The notes below the pieces were generated by a model, which did no database searches, was not told the origin of the DNA, and worked only from the letters and a program-made list of their open reading frames with translations. Shown one piece after another: positions 9,996 to 18,790 of a DNA stretch of 64,000 bases. This stretch comes from a virus (taxonomy: Duplodnaviria; Caudoviricetes), in IMG/VR virus record IMGVR_UViG_3300029288_000106, positions 41,264 to 105,263 of that record. One strand, written 5' to 3'. The stretch's first letter is position 1, and each line of letters opens with the position of its first letter. The position numbers and the translations under genes are program-made.

Positions 9996-10145
9996 ATGAA
10001 AAATTGGAATGATTATGAAGTAGCAAAAAGATGGGGCAGATGGTCCATTCAGCACAAGAAAAATAAGCAAGTGTATTGTACGTTCGATACAGAAGAACAA
10101 GCTAACAAAGCTTTAGCTCATTATAAGGAAACGCAATATACATGA
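9996..10145 (+). CDS. 49-aa hypothetical protein (not in ORF track)
   Basis: MKNWNDYEVAKRWGRW...; stop overlaps the next ATG (ATGA). Confidence 0.5.
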   Translation: MKNWNDYEVAKRWGRWSIQHKKNKQVYCTFDTEEQANKALAHYKETQYT

Positions 10146-10846
10146 TACTCTATCACGGAACATCTGAAGTATATTTAAACAAGATTCTAGAAAAGGGTCT
10201 TGTTCCTCGAAGAGATCAGAAAATACCAAATTCAAATTGGAAAGAATATCCCAGCCAAACAGATATGATCTATCTATCCACAGCATATCCATTTTATTTT
10301 GCATATACAGCTTGCAATCAAGTAAATCAATCAAAAGGAGTTGTATTTGAACTTGATTTACCTGATGATTCTACAAGTTTTTATCCAGATGAAGATTTCA
10401 TATATCATTGTATTAAAAATCAATATAAATATAATAAGTCGAAAGAAGCACTAAAACAACTTCATGAAGATATAAAAAATAATTTGCAAAGTTACCAACA
10501 CTATTGGGGGCACAGTATAACTAAAATGGGAGTTTGTGGTTATAAAGAAACAATTACACCGGAACACATCAAACGATATTGTGTAGTTGATTTTAGAAAA
10601 ACTCCTCACATAGCTCTTAGTTGTCTTGATCCCAGCATCTCTCCAGATAACTTTGCAATTAAAGGAAAGTACTATCAAGATCTTGTGAAGTGGTTTTTTG
10701 GTGATCGAGAGTTATTACCACAGGTTGATGAAGCTAATTTAATAGTTAAACTTTTTCAAGAGAATAAAAAAGAATTTGAAAAGGGTGTGAATTTTTGGGC
10801 AGAACAATCGTATAATAGAGAATATATACAGGTGATTAATTTATAA
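10142..10846 (+). CDS. ADP-ribosyltransferase-fold (Tpt1/KptA/ART-like) protein
   Basis: LYHGTS....IL..GL.P, IYLS and VVFE motifs of the HYx ART clade. Confidence 0.6.
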   Translation: MILYHGTSEVYLNKILEKGLVPRRDQKIPNSNWKEYPSQTDMIYLSTAYPFYFAYTACNQVNQSKGVVFELDLPDDSTSFYPDEDFIYHCIKNQYKYNKSKEALKQLHEDIKNNLQSYQHYWGHSITKMGVCGYKETITPEHIKRYCVVDFRKTPHIALSCLDPSISPDNFAIKGKYYQDLVKWFFGDRELLPQVDEANLIVKLFQENKKEFEKGVNFWAEQSYNREYIQVINL

Positions 10847-10888
10847 AAATAGAAAAAATGAAAATTTTCTTAGGCACATTTTATAGGA

Positions 10889-11218
10889 ATGACAGCTAGT
10901 TTATATGTTTTAGGGCCTTTTAAAAAAGAACTTATTACGTATCTTGATGCAAATTATTGGAAAAATGTAAAAGAAGAAACAGAAATTTTTGCTAAACTCT
11001 TATACACACCAACAAATAATCTAAGCCAACTGATGGCAGATATGTTTGGTATTAATATTAACAATCCCAGTGAGTTTGTTTTTGTTCCTGATGAAGCTAA
11101 AATGGATTGGGTATTAGGCCAACCAATCAGCGCACAAAACGATATTGAAAATGTACAAGAAATGATAGAAGCTTTTAAAAAAGCAGGATATATCTTTATC
11201 TTTGATCCTTATAGTTAA
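10889..11218 (+). CDS. hypothetical protein
   Basis: ORF track. Confidence 0.55.
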   Translation: MTASLYVLGPFKKELITYLDANYWKNVKEETEIFAKLLYTPTNNLSQLMADMFGININNPSEFVFVPDEAKMDWVLGQPISAQNDIENVQEMIEAFKKAGYIFIFDPYS

Positions 11219-11220
11219 AT

Positions 11221-11280
11221 TGATTAGTAGTCTGGTATTAATCAAACTAAGATCATTGATTCTCCTGCGTGCTCTTTAGA
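11221..11280 (+). repeat. degenerate copy of the intergenic palindrome element
   Basis: TGATTAGT..TGGTATTAAtCA..AAGATCATT...GCGTGCTCTTTAGA; left half of the palindrome eroded. Confidence 0.6.
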
Positions 11281-11306
11281 TAATTTTGTAGAAGAAAGAC
11301 TAAAGA

Positions 11307-11612
11307 ATGAATGTTTATATAAAAACAAAATACACCGATGGAGAAGTAGAATTAAAATTTGGATATTACTCAAACGGAAGTATAGCTATAAAAGGATACA
11401 GTACAGATGGACTTCATGAATGTGTATTCATAGCTACAGTTGCTCTATCTACCATACCTGCTCCAGGATTTGTCTTTTTAAAAGGTTGGTCAGAAAATGA
11501 AGGACTTCCAGAAGCACTTGTTAAAGCTGGAATAGTTGAATTGACAGGAAAAAAGATACCTACAGGATATTGTGAAGCTCAAGAAGCAAAATTACTTGTA
11601 GATATTAAATAA
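11307..11612 (+). CDS. DUF4313-like protein
   Basis: ATVAL..VFLK.WSENEG....LVKAGI...TG..IPTGY pattern. Confidence 0.55.
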   Translation: MNVYIKTKYTDGEVELKFGYYSNGSIAIKGYSTDGLHECVFIATVALSTIPAPGFVFLKGWSENEGLPEALVKAGIVELTGKKIPTGYCEAQEAKLLVDIK

Positions 11613-11628
11613 AATATTTTTAAAAAAT

Positions 11629-11660
11629 TTTCTTGATTTTTATAAAACATATATTATAAT
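11629..11660 (+). promoter_or_regulatory. sigma70-type early promoter, copy 3
   Basis: TTGATT(11633)-16 bp-TATAAT(11655); ATG at 11667. Confidence 0.7.
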
Positions 11661-11666
11661 ATATTT

Positions 11667-12017
11667 ATGAATAAAAAACAACTATTAAAAAATAGTAAAA
11701 CAAGCAAAATTAAAAATAAACATTTTACTTCGCCCGGTAATACTTTTTACGGCATTCAAAATAAAACAACTAAAGTATTATTAAGTTTATCAGTATCAGG
11801 AACAGGATCAACTGAAAGTTATGAATGTAGCCTTCAAGAAGATAGATTTACTAAAACTCCTTGGCTTACTACTTCTAAAGAAATAGCCAAAAAACTTTTA
11901 GAGGAAGGAATTGATTGGTATAATTCAAATTTAGAGTGCCCAGGAAATGCTTGGATGTTTAATGATGGTAAATTTAAAAACTATGAAATTGTAGAAATAA
12001 TACTACAAATAAAATAA
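11667..12017 (+). CDS. hypothetical protein
   Basis: ORF track; start 7 nt after the -10 box. Confidence 0.6.
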   Translation: MNKKQLLKNSKTSKIKNKHFTSPGNTFYGIQNKTTKVLLSLSVSGTGSTESYECSLQEDRFTKTPWLTTSKEIAKKLLEEGIDWYNSNLECPGNAWMFNDGKFKNYEIVEIILQIK

Positions 12018-12091
12018 TTTTTAAAAATCAAATTTTTTACTTTTGTATTTTATAAAAACGTATATATTAAAAAGAAGAAAGGGCAAAACAG

Positions 12092-13114
12092 ATGATTGAT
12101 ATTACAAAAAAACTCATTACAAAAGAAACAATGCTAGAACAGGGCCAAAAGCTCCGCACACTCACGGCTGAAGATATTACATTTGGAGAACAAACCAAAT
12201 TTGCTTATGATGAAAAGCAAGGTGTAGTTCTTCAAGTGAAATCAAACGAACCTCAAACACTCGAAGCAACAGCAGTTCAACATCTTCTTCAGAATATTGG
12301 ACTGCCTCAGAAGTTCTTTAACGAAACAACATCAGATTTAGCAATACAACTTTTGAACTATTGGTATCAAGACAAACGAAATGGCCTCAAAAGCAGATTG
12401 TTAAAAGAAACAGGAAAAGTTACCGGAGTAGCTTTCAATCCAAGAGATCAATTTGTATCACTTGATCAAATGATTGAAACAATCGAAGCATCTCTTGGGC
12501 AAGCAAATATTATTGGTTATCACAATCCATATTTCGATTGGTCTCACAGCAATATCAATGTTGTGCTTAACCAGGTATTTGCAGTAAACGGAAGAGAAGA
12601 TTTACTTAACATTGGAATCAGATTTGTTCATTCTTTCAACGAAATTGAACCAACTCGAGCTTTTGCTTATGTCTTTCGTCAATTTTGCTCTAATGGAGCA
12701 ATAACAGAAGATACATTCGCTTCATTCAGTAAACGATCAAAAGGTATGCCATTTAGAAAATGGGTTGATTCAGTTGTTGTTGAATCAACAAAAGCAGCAG
12801 GCCTCGAACAACAGCGATTGCAAAAACTCTTGCAGATGCCAACAAATCAACATACATCTGATATACTTAATCATGTAATGGAAAGATCATTCTTACCAAA
12901 AGATGTACAAGAAGCAATTCGAACAGAAGCAATTGATGCTAACGCAGAAACAATGTATGATGTCTACAATATACTTACTCGAGTATCTACACATCATCCA
13001 ATCTTTTCTGATCATCCAACTGCTCTTCCGACAGTTGAAAAACTTGCAACAGGCCTTTCATTCCATTCTAGTTTATGTCCAGTATGCAAACACGAAATTG
13101 TAACAAAAGATTAA
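12092..13114 (+). CDS. DUF932/DUF945-family protein
   Basis: GI...HS......A..FRQFCSNGAI motif and C-terminal YDVYN.LT. Confidence 0.7.
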   Translation: MIDITKKLITKETMLEQGQKLRTLTAEDITFGEQTKFAYDEKQGVVLQVKSNEPQTLEATAVQHLLQNIGLPQKFFNETTSDLAIQLLNYWYQDKRNGLKSRLLKETGKVTGVAFNPRDQFVSLDQMIETIEASLGQANIIGYHNPYFDWSHSNINVVLNQVFAVNGREDLLNIGIRFVHSFNEIEPTRAFAYVFRQFCSNGAITEDTFASFSKRSKGMPFRKWVDSVVVESTKAAGLEQQRLQKLLQMPTNQHTSDILNHVMERSFLPKDVQEAIRTEAIDANAETMYDVYNILTRVSTHHPIFSDHPTALPTVEKLATGLSFHSSLCPVCKHEIVTKD

Positions 13115-13131
13115 CTAACTAGCTAATCATC

Positions 13132-13163
13132 GCCACGATCCAGACTAAAAACTGGATCGAGGC
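13132..13163 (+). terminator. GC-rich hairpin after the DUF932 gene
   Basis: GCCaCGATCCAG-loop-CTGGATCGaGGC; U-tract weak. Confidence 0.4.
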
Positions 13164-13205
13164 CTTGATTATCTTTCAGAAATAACATCAAAGTCTAAAA
13201 CAAGG

Positions 13206-13736
13206 ATGGTTATGAATAGCAGCAAGGATGTTACTCAATATCTGAGTATAATTCAGATAGAAGCGTATAAGTGTTATATGAAATTAAAAAAACCACCTAT
13301 TTATGATGTAGAAGATTTAGAACAAGAAGGGATAATTGTATGGTTGTATGCTTGTATGTTTAAACCTGATTACACAGAACTTGAGTTCAGGCCATACTTT
13401 AGAATAGCTCTTATAAATAGATTTAATGATATTCTAACAAAGTCTTATCGATATATTAATCAAGCTGGAGAAATAGATATGCCTTGTATTGGAGCATTAA
13501 AGCCCACTATATCTCCTCTAGCTAAAGCACAACTAACTGAAACATTATACACAAATCTATCTCCAGTAGAACTTAATTACATATCTACACTTTTCAACTT
13601 GTCAGAAGAAGAAAAGAAAGAACTAACAAACGACCGGCGACATAGATTTTCATTAATGCAGAAAAAAATGAATTTAACGACCGAACAAGATTTTCAAACT
13701 AGAAAAAATATTGAACGGGTTTTAACTAATGCTTAA
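13206..13736 (+). CDS. phage RNA polymerase sigma-factor-like protein
   Basis: Region-2-like DVEDLEQEG.I.W ... F.PYF...LINRFNDIL. Confidence 0.6.
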   Translation: MVMNSSKDVTQYLSIIQIEAYKCYMKLKKPPIYDVEDLEQEGIIVWLYACMFKPDYTELEFRPYFRIALINRFNDILTKSYRYINQAGEIDMPCIGALKPTISPLAKAQLTETLYTNLSPVELNYISTLFNLSEEEKKELTNDRRHRFSLMQKKMNLTTEQDFQTRKNIERVLTNA

Positions 13737-13753
13737 TTCTATATATACAAAGA

Positions 13754-13797
13754 TATTAACCAGTAGAAGATCATTAAGGAGCACGCGTGCTCTTAAG
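13754..13797 (+). repeat. intergenic palindrome element (core GAGCACGCGTGCTC 13779-13792)
   Basis: TATTAACCAGTAGAAGATCATTAAGGAGCACGCGTGCTCTTAAG. Confidence 0.9.
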
Positions 13798-13818
13798 ATC
13801 TTGATATAGGAGAATAAT

Positions 13819-14580
13819 ATGGGCAGTAGTGTAGTAGTAGTTTATTCAGGCGGATTAGATAGCACAGTATTACTAAATCATGCTGTAAAAACAATTGATC
13901 GAGTGTTAGCAATAAACTTTAATTACGGATCAAAACATAATAATAAAGAACGAGATGCAGCTAAAGCTGTTTGTGAAGAACTTTCAGTTCCACTTTTTCT
14001 TGTTAATCTTCCAACTGATATAATTTGGATTGATCCGACCTATCATTCTGAACGACTTGGGACTTTACTTAAGTCAAATCTAATGGCAAAAGGAAACGAA
14101 ATACCAGATGGTCATTATGCTGAAGATGTGATGAAAAAAACAGTTGTCCCATTTAGAAATGGTATTATGCTATCAATAGCAGCTGGATTTGCTGAAAGTC
14201 ATGATTGTAAATTTTTATGGTTAGCTAGCCATTCGGGCGATCATCATATATACTGTGATTGTAGACCAGAATTTACAAATGCTATGGCTTCTGCTGTACA
14301 TTTTGGTACATATACTAATATTGAATTGAGAGCTCCGTTCAGCAATAAAAATAAAGCAGAAATTGTGAAACAGGGAGTTGAAGAAAATGCTCCAATGCAT
14401 TTAACTTGGAGTTGTTATAAAGGTGGAAATAGACCGTGTCTAACTTGTGGCACATGCATTGAAAGAACCGAAGCATTCAAATTAGCTGGAATAAAAGATC
14501 CAACTCTATCCGATGCTGAATGGAAAATAGCATTAACTCATCTGGAAAAAACAAACAATTTGATGAAAGAACAATCATGA
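13819..14580 (+). CDS. queC: 7-cyano-7-deazaguanine synthase
   Basis: SGGLDS, YGSKH..E, VPFRN, YCDCRPEF, TWSCY..C..CGTC motifs. Confidence 0.95.
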   Translation: MGSSVVVVYSGGLDSTVLLNHAVKTIDRVLAINFNYGSKHNNKERDAAKAVCEELSVPLFLVNLPTDIIWIDPTYHSERLGTLLKSNLMAKGNEIPDGHYAEDVMKKTVVPFRNGIMLSIAAGFAESHDCKFLWLASHSGDHHIYCDCRPEFTNAMASAVHFGTYTNIELRAPFSNKNKAEIVKQGVEENAPMHLTWSCYKGGNRPCLTCGTCIERTEAFKLAGIKDPTLSDAEWKIALTHLEKTNNLMKEQS

Positions 14581-14804
14581 AGATAACAAAACAAAAAACA
14601 GAAAGACTCATAAAAAAACTCAGTCCTATTGATAATGTAGAATTTTTTCAGGCCAATCCAAAATACGTCCGGGTAAATGACTTTGCTAAAGCAAATAATA
14701 TCACTGTACAAACAGTACTAAATAAGGCACGGAATGGAAGCATTGAAGCAAGGATGTTCATGAACTTAATTGTTGTGAGAAATAAAAAGGAAAATATCAC
14801 ATGA
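14577..14804 (+). CDS. small HTH (excisionase/MerR-like) protein
   Basis: VNDFAKANNITVQTVLNKARNGSI; ATGA overlap with the queC stop. Confidence 0.55.
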   Translation: MKITKQKTERLIKKLSPIDNVEFFQANPKYVRVNDFAKANNITVQTVLNKARNGSIEARMFMNLIVVRNKKENIT

Positions 14805-14911
14805 TTGCTGTAATTCTCATAAGCCTTGCAGTATTAATGATTTACCCCCCAGCTTTTCTTCCCGTTTTACTTATACTCGGGGCGTTGTGTATAGGAGCTA
14901 AATGTAGATAA
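14801..14911 (+). CDS. 36-aa hydrophobic membrane peptide (not in ORF track)
   Basis: MIAVILISLAVLMIYPPAFLPVLLILGALCIGAKCR; AAAGGA RBS and ATGA overlap. Confidence 0.55.
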   Translation: MIAVILISLAVLMIYPPAFLPVLLILGALCIGAKCR

Positions 14912-14962
14912 ACTTCACAGTGTGTGAAGTAATAATAACTTAACTCTAGAAAGGGACAAAAA

Positions 14963-15373
14963 ATGAAGTTAGCATGGTACCGAATTATTGTATTGATCTT
15001 ACAATTACTGACTGGTAAGACTGACAGAATATTACCAAGAACAGAAATCAATTGTAAGCCAGAAGCGCTGTATTTGTTGAAGCAGCTGAAAAAAACTGCA
15101 GCAACAACAGCTAACATCGAATTCTGGATGTGGTTGGTCACGAAAATTATTGAACTTATAAAAACGATGCAGGAAGAAACAGCTACGGAAATACCTACTT
15201 TAGTTGGTTTACCAGACGTAACACTTGGTCTTGCTAAAATAGTGGGAGATCAACCTACACAACTTCCGCCAGCAATGGAAAGTATTGATGGGGCTATTGC
15301 TTTCTTACAACCAGCACCAGCTAAAACAGAAGAACCGGCCAAAACAGAAACAAATCAGCCAGAACAGTCGTAA
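14963..15373 (+). CDS. hypothetical protein
   Basis: AAAGGG RBS; ORF track. Confidence 0.65.
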   Translation: MKLAWYRIIVLILQLLTGKTDRILPRTEINCKPEALYLLKQLKKTAATTANIEFWMWLVTKIIELIKTMQEETATEIPTLVGLPDVTLGLAKIVGDQPTQLPPAMESIDGAIAFLQPAPAKTEEPAKTETNQPEQS

Positions 15374-15389
15374 TTATATAAAGACCAGT

Positions 15390-15460
15390 GGGGCTGTAGT
15401 TTAACTGGCAAAACGCTTTATTACGGTAAAGAATTATAGGTTCAAATCCTATCGGCTCCA
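15390..15460 (+). tRNA. atypical tRNA: Ala-type acceptor stem, 6-nt anticodon loop TTACGG
   Basis: Cloverleaf: GGGGCTG/CGGCTCC acceptor, GTTT/AAAC D-stem, CTTTA/TAAAG anticodon stem, ATAGG-TTCAAAT-CCTAT T-arm, A73; no encoded CCA. Confidence 0.85.
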
Positions 15461-15498
15461 GTAAATATATTAGGTAATTTCAATTGAAAGGATTCACT

Positions 15499-16374
15499 AT
15501 GGACCTCAAGTTTGGATGGCTCAAAGAACCAGATGATCCTCGTGACTACACAGAGCAAAATATTCAAACTAAAAAACCAGAGTTTGCTAGACTCAAACTT
15601 CCGTTTTTTAAACAGGAAAAAGTTATAAATAATGACCGATACGTTATAAAAGGCGTATATCAAAAACGCAATGACTGCGTTGCCCACACAGGTTATCATC
15701 TTGTTGGATTTATCTGTAAGAAGATTTTTGGTAAAGATGTTAAAATATCAAGAAGACATCTATATTACTTACTTCGATTTCTGATGCTAAATGATGAAAA
15801 ACCAGTCAACTCAGAAATTGTATATCCATCTGAAGATACAGGTGGGTGGATTCGAAAAATGATTCAATCTATCTCTCTTGGCATTGTACCTGAAGACTAC
15901 ATTCGATATGTTGCAGACAAATATAATGAAAAACCTGATCCATATCTTGTAGCACAATTCGCTGGATCTTACAAAGCTTTGAAAGCAATAAAACTCGATT
16001 ATCCTGGAATAGATAGAGAAGAACTTATTGTAAGTATGAAAAAATGGTGTGAAGCAGGTTGGCCAATTGCTTTTGGAACACTTCTTGGAAAGTCATACTA
16101 TGAAAGTTTTGAGAATGGTGGTATAATTAAAGCACCTAATTTCTTAAAAGAAGGAATACCAATAGGTGCTCACGCTATGATGATTCCGGCTGGCTTCGAC
16201 GAAAATACAAAGAGATTTCGACTTCAAAATTCTCACCTTGGTTTCGGAGATGAAAATTGTTGTGGCTATATTGATGAAGATGTATTTAGAATGAAACGAA
16301 ACCAAAAACCAATTGCTCAAGATATCTGGGTTGGAATTGACTACCAAGCTCTTATAAAAGAACAATTCAATTAA
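15499..16374 (+). CDS. papain-like C1-family cysteine peptidase
   Basis: GW..EPDDPRDY, Q...DCVAH (Gln/Cys), GAHAM (His), QNS (Asn). Confidence 0.8.
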   Translation: MDLKFGWLKEPDDPRDYTEQNIQTKKPEFARLKLPFFKQEKVINNDRYVIKGVYQKRNDCVAHTGYHLVGFICKKIFGKDVKISRRHLYYLLRFLMLNDEKPVNSEIVYPSEDTGGWIRKMIQSISLGIVPEDYIRYVADKYNEKPDPYLVAQFAGSYKALKAIKLDYPGIDREELIVSMKKWCEAGWPIAFGTLLGKSYYESFENGGIIKAPNFLKEGIPIGAHAMMIPAGFDENTKRFRLQNSHLGFGDENCCGYIDEDVFRMKRNQKPIAQDIWVGIDYQALIKEQFN

Positions 16375-16413
16375 ACTAACCCAAAAAATAATCAAAAGAC
16401 AAGAGGAAAACTA

Positions 16414-17250
16414 ATGGATACAGAAATGTGGGATCTATTATATATCGCTGATAAAAAAGATAGCCATGAAGCTGACGACTTTATAGATAACTACACAGCT
16501 ATATTTAACAGAAAGCTATGGAAAGAACGCTATCCAGATATTCCATATCCACATTATTCTCATGCTGAAAAAGTATTTCCATACCGAGCTCGTTACGCAG
16601 AATGGATTGAAAGGCACTGTGGAATTGTCATTCCAGTTGGAAATAATATATGCTTTAGTTCAACATTAAGAGACGAAGGAAAAGGAGTAAGATTTGCTGA
16701 TTTTGACATAATCACTCGAAACAAACATAGATGGGATTTATATCTTGAAATCATAACAGAAGAAGAAATGGATATTCGATTTGCTCGGGCTTGTAAAATA
16801 GTTGGTCGGCCTTATTTCAAGATTGGATTGGTTCTTGATTTTGGTTTGCCTTTCGGTAAATTAGGATGGGCAATTGGAGCTTTACTTAATCAATGGTATT
16901 GTTCGCAAGCTTGTTTTTATGTAGATACAGGAAAACGTGCCAGACAATCACCAATACGAAGAGGAATTTGGATAAGACAACAAGGACGAAAGTTTTTAGG
17001 TAATTTAGGTGAAAATGAAGTTAATTATCAGATTATAAATGATGGAAAAGTTCAAATTCAACTTCAAAAAACAGTATCAAAAATAGTAGCAACTGATTGT
17101 GAAGGAAGAAAGTGTACAGTAGTAGAATTTGAACACAATCAAGATATAAATCAGGAAATACTAGAGTTTATATTTATGAAAACTCTTATATATACAAAAA
17201 ATGTAGGAGCAGAAAATATCAAAAGTATTGATATTGAAAACAAATCATGA
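16414..17250 (+). CDS. permuted papain-like (NlpC/P60-related) protein
   Basis: YSHAE (His) precedes WYCSQ (Cys); GVRF and RWD motifs. Confidence 0.55.
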   Translation: MDTEMWDLLYIADKKDSHEADDFIDNYTAIFNRKLWKERYPDIPYPHYSHAEKVFPYRARYAEWIERHCGIVIPVGNNICFSSTLRDEGKGVRFADFDIITRNKHRWDLYLEIITEEEMDIRFARACKIVGRPYFKIGLVLDFGLPFGKLGWAIGALLNQWYCSQACFYVDTGKRARQSPIRRGIWIRQQGRKFLGNLGENEVNYQIINDGKVQIQLQKTVSKIVATDCEGRKCTVVEFEHNQDINQEILEFIFMKTLIYTKNVGAENIKSIDIENKS

Positions 17251-17394
17251 AATGGCTTTGTATAATATTTTGTGTTGCATTTATAGCATTTGGTGGAGTT
17301 AAAGTAGAGCATCATGTAATTGTTGAAGTAAATGCTAAACATGTAGTTGAATCAATCTTAAATTTCTTTAGGTTTCGAAGCAGGAGTAAACCAG

Positions 17395-17763
17395 ATGATA
17401 ATAACAAGAGAATACCTCAGAGCTAATCCAACACATATATTTGTATTTGGTGATAACATGCTTCATTCAGGATATGCTGGAGCTGCTGCTTTAAGAGATG
17501 AACCAAATGTTTTTAAATTTATAACTAAAAAAAGACCTACACAAGAAGATTCAGCTTTCTATACTCCAGAAGAATACAAAAAAATCTATTTACGAGAAAT
17601 TGGCTTGTTGATAGTAGATATACAGATGCAGCCAGATAATTTATTCTTAATATCAAAATTAGGATCTGGTCTTGCTAATAGATTTGGTATATTTGAAGCA
17701 ATAATCGAACCACACATCAAAAATGATTTAGCCAGTTATTCTAATGTAAAATTCTTATGGTAA
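17395..17763 (+). CDS. macro-like phage protein (IFVFGDN family)
   Basis: IFVFGDN...G.AGAA..R..PN...TKK and LGSGLA motifs. Confidence 0.6.
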   Translation: MIITREYLRANPTHIFVFGDNMLHSGYAGAAALRDEPNVFKFITKKRPTQEDSAFYTPEEYKKIYLREIGLLIVDIQMQPDNLFLISKLGSGLANRFGIFEAIIEPHIKNDLASYSNVKFLW

Positions 17764-17806
17764 TCCTGCAACGTATGCCCTCACCGGGTATACAACACTT
17801 TCGCGT

Positions 17807-17835
17807 AATGGCTGCTATCCGACGGCCATTTTTTT
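17807..17835 (+). terminator. rho-independent terminator of the + strand block
   Basis: AATGGCTG-loop-CGGCCATT followed by a T run. Confidence 0.75.
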
Positions 17836-17842
17836 ATCAAAT

Positions 17843-17882
17843 AAAAAAGTGGACACCACTAAAACAATCAGCAGTGCCCACT
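17843..17882 (-). terminator. rho-independent terminator of the - strand block
   Basis: Minus strand AGTGGGCAC...GTGTCCACT followed by TTTTT. Confidence 0.75.
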
Positions 17883-17908
17883 AAAGAGAAAAAAGAGTTT
17901 CTTGAAAC

Positions 17909-18790
17909 TTACTTTTTTCCTAATATCTTATTATAAGCATTAATATAAAATTGAACAAGATTTTTTGGGTGCCAATTTTGTAAAATCCATTCGCGGCTTT
18001 TTTGTTGATATTCTCTGAGCTTGTCTGTATTAACAAGTAGATTGTCCAGCACTGTATCAAGAACATTCAAATCAGCATAAACCCAAGCAGGATGAAAAAA
18101 GTTATTAATAACTGCTAAACCAAAACAAGACCCTTCTAATGATGTCCGATGAAATGTATTATTTATCACATCATCTACTAGAATGTCACTATTTCTCTTC
18201 TCTAGTAAATTATCTTCATAAGAAAAATTTGAAAAAACTTTTACTATAGCTTTATCTGTAAATTTAGATAAAATTTCACATACCTCAGGTTTTCCTTTTG
18301 TTCCAATCTGATTTACTGGAAGAGAATTGGTTGGAGCAAATGCAATTATTGGCTTTTCATTTTTCTTTAACAAAGGAGTATATTCTTCAGGATTGATAAG
18401 ATTTGGTAAGGTCATGAGTTTTGGATACTGTCTCATTTGTAGTGGTTGAGATATACAATAAACATATGGTGTAATTCGTGCATACCAATCAAGAGGCATT
18501 CTCTGTGGTACAGAATGAAGCTGAATAATTATTTTCTTTTTCCTTATCCATTCTTCTGGAAGTAAATTTATTTCATTATGAAAATGAATGATATCTGCTT
18601 CAGCAACTAAATTTTGTATTTGCTTATCTTCAGTATTGAAAATAATATCAGATGGAAATTTCCGGCCATCTCTATACTGAGTTCTATGAGCAATCCATCG
18701 AACTTTAAGATCAGTATAATTATTCAAACATTTGCAGATCTCATAAGGAGCAGCGGCCAAAGCGGTTTTTGATACATGTATTATATTCAT
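17909..18790 (-). CDS. GT-B (GT4-like) glycosyltransferase
   Basis: ADIIHFH, IAFAPT...KG, DILVDD, SLEGSCFGLAVI. Confidence 0.75.
   Translation of the reverse strand: MNIIHVSKTALAAAPYEICKCLNNYTDLKVRWIAHRTQYRDGRKFPSDIIFNTEDKQIQNLVAEADIIHFHNEINLLPEEWIRKKKIIIQLHSVPQRMPLDWYARITPYVYCISQPLQMRQYPKLMTLPNLINPEEYTPLLKKNEKPIIAFAPTNSLPVNQIGTKGKPEVCEILSKFTDKAIVKVFSNFSYEDNLLEKRNSDILVDDVINNTFHRTSLEGSCFGLAVINNFFHPAWVYADLNVLDTVLDNLLVNTDKLREYQQKSREWILQNWHPKNLVQFYINAYNKILGKK

Noticed and set aside
13779-13792. GAGCACGCGTGCTC palindrome as an intrinsic terminator or protelomerase site
   Set aside because: It has no loop or U-tract, carries a conserved asymmetric arm, and occurs in multiple dispersed copies.
14912-14930. 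ACTTCACA-GTG-TGTGAAGT hairpin
   Set aside because: Single short inverted repeat without a U-tract or second copy; not enough to assign a function.
15390-15460. tmRNA (shares the GGGGCTG start and G3-U70)
   Set aside because: The element closes as a compact 71-nt cloverleaf with a full D-stem, with no tag reading frame or pseudoknot region.
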